This document shows, in pieces, positions 25,825-32,000 of a stretch of 32,000 nucleotides of DNA; position 1 is the first letter of the stretch, and every line of letters starts with the position of its first letter. The DNA is taken from positions 1,050,001-1,082,000 of the forward strand of contig CP013062.1 of the NCBI GenBank assembly GCA_001430755.1. Reading direction: 5' to 3'. The position numbers were made by a program, and so were the translations under genes. Below the pieces are notes generated by a model. It saw only the letters and a list, made by a program, of their open reading frames with translations, made no database searches and was not told where the DNA came from. Source of the DNA: Candidatus Peribacter riflensis (lineage in GTDB: Bacteria; Patescibacteriota; Gracilibacteria; Peribacterales; Peribacteraceae).

Positions 25825-25833
25825 TGTGGATAA
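25825..25833 (-). promoter_or_regulatory. Perfect DnaA box TTATCCACA
   Basis: The + strand reads TGTGGATAA. This is the second copy of the identical 14-mer, 147 bp from the first. Confidence 0.7.
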
Positions 25834-25886
25834 CTTTTGTGTGCAAGATGGCGGGCTTTCCCTCCAGAATTTCTTAAAAAAAGCTC

Positions 25887-27185
25887 TTAAATCTTTTTGC
25901 GAAAGGTTTCCCGCTTGTGGGCCGGGGGAACCACCTCTCTATTTTCGCGGATGGTCATCTCCCCTCCTTTCATCGAGACATAACTCCATTCCGGAATGTC
26001 TTTGTCGACTCTCCCGCCGCTCGAGATAAACGTCCCCTTGCCAATCTTGATTCCCGGGTTGATTACGGTGTGAATACCGAGCCTGCAGTCATCCCCGATG
26101 ATGCACCCGAACTTTTGGAGCCCGGTTGGGATTTTTTCCTCCCCGACCACTGAGGAGATTTCTCCTTCATCCAGGCGCAGGTTGCCCGTCAGGCTCCCAC
26201 CCCCGAAGGAAACATTGGAGCCGATCACACTGTCGCCGATGTAGGTCATGTGTGTCCACACGTGTGAAGCCAATATGGAGGATTTGATTTCCGTGGAGTA
26301 TCCCACCACACAATCCTCTCCAATACTCGCTCCACGGACGAGCGCGTTATTGGCCACGATACTGCGTGCACCGATGATGCATGGGCCGACGATGGCAGCA
26401 TGCGCAAACACGCGTACGCCTTCCTCAATGACCACATTCCCCTCGATCACGGCAGTGGGATGGATCTGTGCCCTCGGGTGAATCAACGGTTTGGTAATTT
26501 TAGAGAGGAGGAACGAGAGGAGTGGGAGCAGATGCCAGGGGTACTTCACGGGGAGCCAGGGACCTTCGTACGGCACGGCGTGGTACGTTTTCGTTTTGAA
26601 GAGAGCGGCGAGCGCCTGTTCGTATCCGTCATCACGTGTGGGTTTTGTTCTTTCCAGTTCGGTGAGGAGCTCCGCAGGATTGTTATGAACATGCGCCACG
26701 ATCGTGACGAGATCGCTCGGTTCCTTCCCTGCCCCCGGCTTTTCCACAATGGAGGAGATGCGTTCTCCCTGCAGCTGCAGATATCCTCCCGGAAAGTACG
26801 TGGGCATCCGTTTGGCGAGCAGGGCTCCGTCCGTCCCTTCCTTCTGTGCTTCTTCCACAAGTGCTTTATAGGCCTGCGGCTCCACAACATCGTTCCCTCC
26901 CACAATCATCACAGGTTCCTTGATCGAGGGGAGGGCGCTTAAGAGAGCCCCGCGCATGCCGAACGAAAGATCCTCCTGCTCAATCACATGTAAATCCGGA
27001 CAGAGTGATTTCGCCTGTTCCACATTGTGGCTGCCGCCCACTACCGTAATTTCGGATATTCCCGCGGCACGCAAATTCTCCACTTGGATTTCGAGGAGTG
27101 TCTTCCCACAGAGGGGGAAGAGAGATTTCTCGGTAAGCGGCCAGAAACGCTTGCTCTGTCCTGCGAGGAGGAGAAGGGCTTTCAC
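25887..27185 (-). CDS. Bifunctional-type sugar-1-phosphate nucleotidyltransferase with C-terminal left-handed beta-helix acyltransferase domain (GlmU-like)
   Basis: A GTG start gives (M)KALLLLAGQSKRFWPLT, a nucleotidyltransferase G-loop variant. The C-terminal half is full of hexapeptide repeats (IEGNVVIEEGVRVFAHAAIVGPCIIGARSIVANNALV..., IGDSVIGSNVSFGGGS). The substrate cannot be assigned by eye. Confidence 0.8.
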   Translation of the reverse strand: MKALLLLAGQSKRFWPLTEKSLFPLCGKTLLEIQVENLRAAGISEITVVGGSHNVEQAKSLCPDLHVIEQEDLSFGMRGALLSALPSIKEPVMIVGGNDVVEPQAYKALVEEAQKEGTDGALLAKRMPTYFPGGYLQLQGERISSIVEKPGAGKEPSDLVTIVAHVHNNPAELLTELERTKPTRDDGYEQALAALFKTKTYHAVPYEGPWLPVKYPWHLLPLLSFLLSKITKPLIHPRAQIHPTAVIEGNVVIEEGVRVFAHAAIVGPCIIGARSIVANNALVRGASIGEDCVVGYSTEIKSSILASHVWTHMTYIGDSVIGSNVSFGGGSLTGNLRLDEGEISSVVGEEKIPTGLQKFGCIIGDDCRLGIHTVINPGIKIGKGTFISSGGRVDKDIPEWSYVSMKGGEMTIRENREVVPPAHKRETFRKKI

Positions 27186-27232
27186 GGGCCTATCGTACGC
27201 TTCGATGGCTTCTGTGGGCCAGTTCTTCCCCG

Positions 27233-28069
27233 CTAAAAAATGAGGACAATATCCCCTTCTTCGGCGGTGGTACGCACCGGGATTCCGGCTGTAGTGAGGC
27301 GTTGCAGTGTTTCCGGATTCGGGTGGCCGTAGTGGTTGTCCTTTCCCACCGAAATCACAGCGAGTCGTGGCGAGACGGCAGTGAGGAATGCGTCCGAAGA
27401 ACTGAAGCGGCTGCCGTGATGCCCGACTTTCAGTACCTGTGCCGACACATCAACGCCGGTGGCGAGCAGCGTCGCCTCCCCCTGCACGCCCAGGTCCCCG
27501 GTGAAGAGAACAGAGCCTGTTCCGAACGATGCGCGCAGGACGATGGAGGCGTCGTTATCGCCGATGAGGGGGGCAGGGTGCGGGGGCCAGAGGATATCGA
27601 GCACAACGCCATCGTTGAGGTCGATATCCCGTTCCGGGTTCGCAGCGACGAGCGGGATTCCCTGCTCCTGTGCGATCGCGAGCAGCACCTGAAACGGCTC
27701 TTCATTATTCCGGATCGCAGGGAGCAGGAGCGCGCCCACTTTGAACCGCCGGAGAATTTCTGGGAACGCAGTGAAATGGTCAGGGTCGGGATGTGAGAGA
27801 ATGAGCAGATCGATGGATTTTTTTGAAAGCGGCAATGCCTTGCCGAGTGCCTCGAGTGCGGAGAGATCGGGCCCTCCGTCGATCAGGATCGTTTTCCCCG
27901 AAGGGCTCACCATGAGTGCGCTGTCTCCCTGGCCAACATCGAAGAACTGCACTGTCAGGTGGCCGACAGGAAGCCGCCGGATTTCCCGGATCAGCACGAG
28001 TGAAGTCACTGCCAGGACCATGCAGATTGCCAGCAGGGCACGTCGATGATGGAGAGGCGTGGTCCGCAT
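27233..28069 (-). CDS. Membrane-anchored metallo-beta-lactamase-fold hydrolase, ComEC C-terminal-domain type
   Basis: An N-terminal TM segment (ALLAICMVLAVTSLVLI) is followed by FFDVGQGDSALM, the metal motif LILSHPDPDH and KVGHHGSRFSS. These match the MBL domain of ComEC/Rec2. The ComEC channel domain is absent (278 aa total). Confidence 0.8.
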   Translation of the reverse strand: MRTTPLHHRRALLAICMVLAVTSLVLIREIRRLPVGHLTVQFFDVGQGDSALMVSPSGKTILIDGGPDLSALEALGKALPLSKKSIDLLILSHPDPDHFTAFPEILRRFKVGALLLPAIRNNEEPFQVLLAIAQEQGIPLVAANPERDIDLNDGVVLDILWPPHPAPLIGDNDASIVLRASFGTGSVLFTGDLGVQGEATLLATGVDVSAQVLKVGHHGSRFSSSDAFLTAVSPRLAVISVGKDNHYGHPNPETLQRLTTAGIPVRTTAEEGDIVLIF

Positions 28070-28116
28070 TGGACCGGCTACTCTACCGCGTGCGTCCGCC
28101 AGAGGCTATGAAGTGC

Positions 28117-29487
28117 TCAGCGGGCTTTGCGGGTCTTCTTCCAGCCCAGGAATGCGCCCAGAGCGGCAAGACCTGCTATGGCGCCCGCTCCGGTCTGTGA
28201 GAGACTCTTGGCTTTGGGGGTGGGTGGGGCGGTCACCGTTGATGCGGGCGCAGAAGACTGTGCGCTTGCGGGCGGCGTGACCGTAGCCGTGGGGGGAGGC
28301 GCAACCTGAGGAGTATTCCATCCGAAGATCGAACGGAAAACACCAGGGGAGGAACGCCCCTCTGCATCGGCAACGTAGACAACGATTCCGAAATTCTGAG
28401 GAGTCACATTGGGGATCTTCACGCCATCGAGGTCCCCCGGCAGGAACTCCGGCACAGAGAAAGTCCGGCCTCCGTCGCGGCTCTGCCGGACGACGATGAA
28501 TGCTCCTTCGGGCGTGCTCGGGTCATACTCCCACTGTCCGATCACCGTGAAGAGCTGACTATTCTGCGGGCTTGCCTGCAGGCGGAAATTGAGAACATCA
28601 GGCAGTTGCCCCGGCTGCTGTGGCAGAGAGGTGGCCGGTGCAGTCACTTCCTGCGGCGGCATCTGGGCGGCCTGTTCCACGGCGCGTGCCGCGCCCTCCT
28701 GGGGGGTGAGGCCGGTCGAGTGCCCCGTGAAGAATGCGGTGCGATCAAGACGGTCCAGCGGGATCATGCCTTCGCCAGCCAGCGGCTCATTTAAGCGGAT
28801 CTGGTAGACCGCGCCCGCAACCTGTCGCACCGTCTGCACCGAGACGTTTTTCCCCTCAATCGTGAGCTGTTCAATGGCGAGAGGTGCCCCTGCAGCATCA
28901 ACGATGGAGAACGCAGAGGGGGCCAGAGAGGGCTCGATGATCGGCGTGGCCGAAAACCCCAGACCCACGCGCGTGGCAGAGAGCGCCTGTGCCGACAGCA
29001 GGTGGAGCGTGTTGCCCGACGGTTCCTGGGCGGAGGGAGGAATCTGTTGCTGGGGCACGGATGAAACCGGAGCGGGTTCCGGCAGAGAGGCGGGAGGCTC
29101 GTTCATGGGTTGGCCCATTGATCGTTGCACTTGTACCTCTTCGATGAAGTACTGGCTCTCTTCCCCCTGCGCATTCACTGCCATGACACTCACGAAGATC
29201 GTGGTGAGCGAAGACGGGACGGAACGCAGCACGTACTCACTCACCGGCCCTTCCGTCGTTTCAACATCATCGTAGTATCCGTCATTTTCCAGAATGGATT
29301 TCTGACTGAAATACACCCGGTACGCAGAGACCTCTCCACCCACCGGCGTCCACCGCACCTGAATGGTGCCATCTTCCTGCGCTTCGGCGTTCAGGCCCGT
29401 CACGCTCTGAGGCGCTTCTGCCAAAGCAGAAAACGGCAGGCTCAGTACGCTCACGACAGCAAGGGCGAAGAGGGAACGACGCATCAT
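28117..29487 (-). CDS. Secreted surface protein with fibronectin type III-like domain and a C-terminal LSQTG + hydrophobic + basic tail anchor
   Basis: The signal peptide is MMRRSLFALAVVSVLSLPFSALA/EA. VTGLNAEAQEDGTIQVRWTPVGGEVSAYRVYFS looks like FN3. The C-terminus is SLSQTGAGAIAGLAALGAFLGWKKTRKAR. Confidence 0.75.
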   Translation of the reverse strand: MMRRSLFALAVVSVLSLPFSALAEAPQSVTGLNAEAQEDGTIQVRWTPVGGEVSAYRVYFSQKSILENDGYYDDVETTEGPVSEYVLRSVPSSLTTIFVSVMAVNAQGEESQYFIEEVQVQRSMGQPMNEPPASLPEPAPVSSVPQQQIPPSAQEPSGNTLHLLSAQALSATRVGLGFSATPIIEPSLAPSAFSIVDAAGAPLAIEQLTIEGKNVSVQTVRQVAGAVYQIRLNEPLAGEGMIPLDRLDRTAFFTGHSTGLTPQEGAARAVEQAAQMPPQEVTAPATSLPQQPGQLPDVLNFRLQASPQNSQLFTVIGQWEYDPSTPEGAFIVVRQSRDGGRTFSVPEFLPGDLDGVKIPNVTPQNFGIVVYVADAEGRSSPGVFRSIFGWNTPQVAPPPTATVTPPASAQSSAPASTVTAPPTPKAKSLSQTGAGAIAGLAALGAFLGWKKTRKAR

Positions 29488-29522
29488 AGGGAAGAGGGGT
29501 GTTTGTCTTTCTGAATATTATA

Positions 29523-31022
29523 TCAGATCTCGCTCTTCCCGCCAAGCCCGAGCGCACGGCGGTGTAGAGCCCCAAGCAGCCCTGCGAGGCCAGTGATCCA
29601 CAGCAGGATTCCCAGTACGGCACCTGCAGCGACGAGGCCGAAGGCCGTGAGAAAATCATTGGCGAGGAACGGGCGTGTGATCCAAAGCCCTACGGCGAGC
29701 AGGAGTGAAAATACGAACCAGCGCACGAAGGCTGTGGGCGGGAACTTCGGCTGGGAGTACCGAAGGGTTGCGGGCAGCAACAGGGCGACGAGCAGGGACT
29801 GAACGATGATGGCCGTCGTAGCCGCTCCGACGAAACCCAACTGCGGAATGAGGATCAAATTGCTCCCGATCGAGAGAGCGGCACCGGTGACGAGTGTGAT
29901 CATGAGGCGCTTCCATTCTCCGTGCACCAGTGCCATGTAGAACGAAAAGAGGATGAAGCCGTACAGGAACATGGGAACGCTGGCGAGCCTGAGAGCCGTA
30001 TCCGCCCCCGGGTGCGCTGCCGTGGAAAGATAATCGCGCGTGGTGAGCATGGCGACGAGGGGGCGCGGCCAGAGGGCCGCGAATAATCCAGCTGTCGTTC
30101 CGAGCAGGAGGAGAACCAGAAAAGTCTTGCCCAGCAGGTCGCTCGTGTTTTCTCCCCGCTCGCGCCGCTCACTCACGACCGGGAGGATGGAGTTCAGCAG
30201 GAACGTGGGGATGAGAAATCCCATCTCTCCCATCCGGAGGACGAAACCGTAGTAGGCATTCTGAATCTGAAAATCAGGACGGAGGAGTGCGATCATCGTC
30301 ATATCGAACTGGCGGCAGAGCGCAAGGAGCAGGTACGCGGTCCCAAAGGGGAGTGCGCTCTGGAGCAGATACCGCATGGTTGGCCAATGCCAGCGGGCTG
30401 CGAAAGTCACAAATCTTCGTGCGTAGATATACGAGAGGATGAGCAGCAGGAGCGCGCCGATGCCGCCAATGAGCGTGCAGAAGTAGAAGAGGTTCACATT
30501 GTCGCTTCCCCGTGCCCCCAGAAAGACGACCATGCCCAACATGGCGGTGGTCAGCAGGCGCTGGCTGACCTCGGCGATGAAGACGTAATTCAGGCGGTAG
30601 TGAATCTGGAAGACGGAGCGCAATGTGCCGGCGAGCAGGGTGAAGAACGGCGTGAAGGCGGCGAGTGTGATGCCGAGAGGCAGAGGGGTGCCGTGCCAGC
30701 TCGGCAGAATCCATGCGAGCAGGATGGCCGAACCAAGCGAGAGCGTCAGGATGATTGAGCGCAGGAAGATGAGGGCGCTCAGTACTTCTTCTTTCCGGTC
30801 CGAGCGGCTCATCTCGCGCACTGAAACTGCGTAGAGACCGAAATCTGCGAGAATGCCGAAGACCTGCAGGTATCCGTAGGAGGAGTTGTAGTATCCGGCC
30901 ATTTCAAGGCTTAAGGCCGTCGCAACGAATTTAATGCCCAGAATCGACAGTGCAGCCATGGTGATCTGGCTGGCCAGTTGCCACAGTGTGGATGCGACGA
31001 TCTTTTTTCCGGCAGAAGGCAT
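29523..31022 (-). CDS. Polysaccharide/oligosaccharide flippase, MOP superfamily (Wzx/MurJ-like)
   Basis: The product is a multi-pass membrane protein throughout. I chose the ATG at 31022 (MPSAGKKIVASTLWQLASQI...). The track start at 31136 would overlap the divergent pyrB start at 31116, and a TACAAT box lies 8 nt upstream of 31022. An alternative ATG is at 31082. Confidence 0.75.
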   Translation of the reverse strand: MPSAGKKIVASTLWQLASQITMAALSILGIKFVATALSLEMAGYYNSSYGYLQVFGILADFGLYAVSVREMSRSDRKEEVLSALIFLRSIILTLSLGSAILLAWILPSWHGTPLPLGITLAAFTPFFTLLAGTLRSVFQIHYRLNYVFIAEVSQRLLTTAMLGMVVFLGARGSDNVNLFYFCTLIGGIGALLLLILSYIYARRFVTFAARWHWPTMRYLLQSALPFGTAYLLLALCRQFDMTMIALLRPDFQIQNAYYGFVLRMGEMGFLIPTFLLNSILPVVSERRERGENTSDLLGKTFLVLLLLGTTAGLFAALWPRPLVAMLTTRDYLSTAAHPGADTALRLASVPMFLYGFILFSFYMALVHGEWKRLMITLVTGAALSIGSNLILIPQLGFVGAATTAIIVQSLLVALLLPATLRYSQPKFPPTAFVRWFVFSLLLAVGLWITRPFLANDFLTAFGLVAAGAVLGILLWITGLAGLLGALHRRALGLGGKSEI

Positions 31023-31030
31023 CGCAGCCG

Positions 31031-31036
31031 ATTGTA
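31031..31036 (-). promoter_or_regulatory. Candidate -10 TACAAT giving a leaderless flippase mRNA
   Basis: The minus strand reads TACAAT cggctgcg ATG, an 8-nt spacer to the start codon at 31022. Confidence 0.4.
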
Positions 31037-31115
31037 CGCGAAGAAAACGGGCCTGTCCCCCTCTCTGTCGCGGTGTAGACATCGCCCTGCCGCCGTCATA
31101 CGCTACTACCACCTT

Positions 31116-32000
31116 ATGCCGCTCCCCTTCCGCCACCTCACCTCAACGAAGCAGTTCTCGCGCAGTGATACAGATGCAGTACTCCAGGTGGCGGAGAAGA
31201 TGGAAAAGGTGCTCGCGAAGGGCGGGAGTGATCTGCTCGCGGGCAAGATTCTCGCTGCGCTCTTCTACGAGCCCAGCACCCGCACGCGCCTGAGTTTTGA
31301 AACGGCCATGCAGCGGCTGGGCGGCAACGTCATCACGGCCGACGGACTCCAATTCAGTTCGATGTACAAGGGCGAGACGGTGGAAGATACGATGATGGTG
31401 GTGGGGCAGTACGCCGATCTCATTGTCATGCGGCATCCCGAACAGGGCAGTGCCGATCGCGCCGCGTCGGTCTCGCCGGTGCCGTTCATCAATGCGGGAG
31501 ACGGGCCAGGGCAACACCCCACACAGGCGCTGCTCGACCTCTATACCATCCAGAAGGAGCGCGGCACGCTCGACGGCATTCACATCGCCATGGTCGGTGA
31601 TCTCAAATTCGGCCGCACGGTGCACTCCCTTTCCTTCCTGCTGGGTCTCTACCGCGATATCCGTTTCACACTCATCGCGCCCAAAGAGCTCGTCATGCCG
31701 CCGAAGGTGACGAGCTTTCTCAAAGAGAAGGGCATTTTCTATACCGAAACAGAAAATATGGAACAGGGGCTGGATGCCGATGTGCTCTACATGACGCGCG
31801 TACAGAAAGAGCGATTCGAGAAACCCGAGGAGTACGAGCGGCTTAAATTGAAATACATCCTGCGGCCCGAACAGGTGAGCGGTCGTTCCGTCACCGTGCT
31901 CCATCCGCTTCCGCGTGTCGGGGAAATCACTCCCGATGTCGATGCCCTCCCCAATGCCGCCTACTTCCGGCAGGTCCGTAACGGCGTAGTGGTCCGGATG
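31116..32000 (+). CDS. pyrB: Aspartate carbamoyltransferase catalytic subunit, 3' end beyond window
   Basis: This gene is not listed in the ORF track. The open frame from ATG 31116 translates to MPLPFRHLTSTKQFSRSD...LLAGKILAALFYEPSTRTRLSFETAMQRLGG...VMRHP...DGPGQHPTQALLD...HPLPRVGEITPDVD...AYFRQVRNGVVVRM. These include the ATCase signatures STRTR and HPLPR. The frame is still open at nt 32000. Confidence 0.93.
   Translation, partial: MPLPFRHLTSTKQFSRSDTDAVLQVAEKMEKVLAKGGSDLLAGKILAALFYEPSTRTRLSFETAMQRLGGNVITADGLQFSSMYKGETVEDTMMVVGQYADLIVMRHPEQGSADRAASVSPVPFINAGDGPGQHPTQALLDLYTIQKERGTLDGIHIAMVGDLKFGRTVHSLSFLLGLYRDIRFTLIAPKELVMPPKVTSFLKEKGIFYTETENMEQGLDADVLYMTRVQKERFEKPEEYERLKLKYILRPEQVSGRSVTVLHPLPRVGEITPDVDALPNAAYFRQVRNGVVVRM

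Larger units (their letters stand above)
25495..25886. promoter_or_regulatory. Candidate chromosomal replication origin (oriC): AT-rich tract plus DnaA-box cluster upstream of dnaN
   Basis: By eye this is the only markedly AT-rich stretch in the window (about 25495-25660). Two perfect DnaA boxes are present. Near-matches are TTCTCCACA (25689-25697, -), TCCTCCACA (25667-25675, -), CTTTCCACA (25591-25599, - and 25812-25820, +) and CCATCCACA (25800-25808, +). Confidence 0.6.

Noticed and set aside
31143-31904. A 253-aa ORF on the - strand listed in the track.
   Set aside because: It is antisense to an unlisted + strand frame that carries unmistakable aspartate carbamoyltransferase signatures (STRTR, HPLPR). 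pyrB is the real gene.
1-32000. An alternative genetic code (TGA read as an amino acid, as in some candidate phyla).
   Set aside because: TGA terminates several well-defined genes exactly where homologs end and forms the ATGA/GTGA coupling junctions. The conserved genes dnaE, mfd, aspS, dnaN and hss contain no in-frame TGA.

Overview
This window reads as a gene-dense, moderately GC-rich bacterial chromosome segment using the standard code (TGA acts as a stop). Genes lie on the + strand from nt 1 to ~17.05 kb, on the - strand from ~17.13 to ~31.02 kb, then on + again.

Housekeeping genes are clear: dnaE, a YrdC-type tsaC, nrdR, aspS, tRNA-Leu(UAG), homospermidine synthase, mfd and dnaN. Also clear are a GlmU-like nucleotidyltransferase/acetyltransferase, a membrane-anchored ComEC-type MBL hydrolase, an FN3 surface protein, a MOP-family flippase and a 3'-partial pyrB. 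I saw no transposase, integrase, CRISPR array or rRNA.

A DnaA-box cluster and an AT-rich tract sit directly upstream of dnaN (25.5-25.9 kb). This looks like oriC, yet no dnaA gene is adjacent.

The most unusual part is the first 8.6 kb. Five back-to-back genes have start/stop junctions of ATGA, ATGA, GTGA and TAAATG. All are cysteine-rich and belong to no family I can recognise, and the four with a visible N-terminus carry signal peptides. One has an HExxH zinc-protease-like motif. This is my best candidate for an undescribed extracellular or cell-surface system.

Other oddities:
- ATAC cores phased 7 bp apart occur upstream of both dnaE and nrdR and share an identical 12-mer.
- A 24-codon uORF mimics the dnaE N-terminus and is coupled to it.
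- Ten telomere-like CCCTAN hexamers lie in frame inside tsaC.
- Two inverted blocks of 9-bp tandem repeats abut the aspS start codon.
- A 328-aa protein is almost entirely Glu/Arg/Lys.
- Shine-Dalgarno sequences are generally absent, and several starts lie 7-8 nt after a -10 box, which suggests leaderless mRNAs.

My lineage guess, an uncultivated reduced-genome bacterium resembling CPR/Patescibacteria, is inference only. All homology calls come from motif recognition by eye, not from searches.
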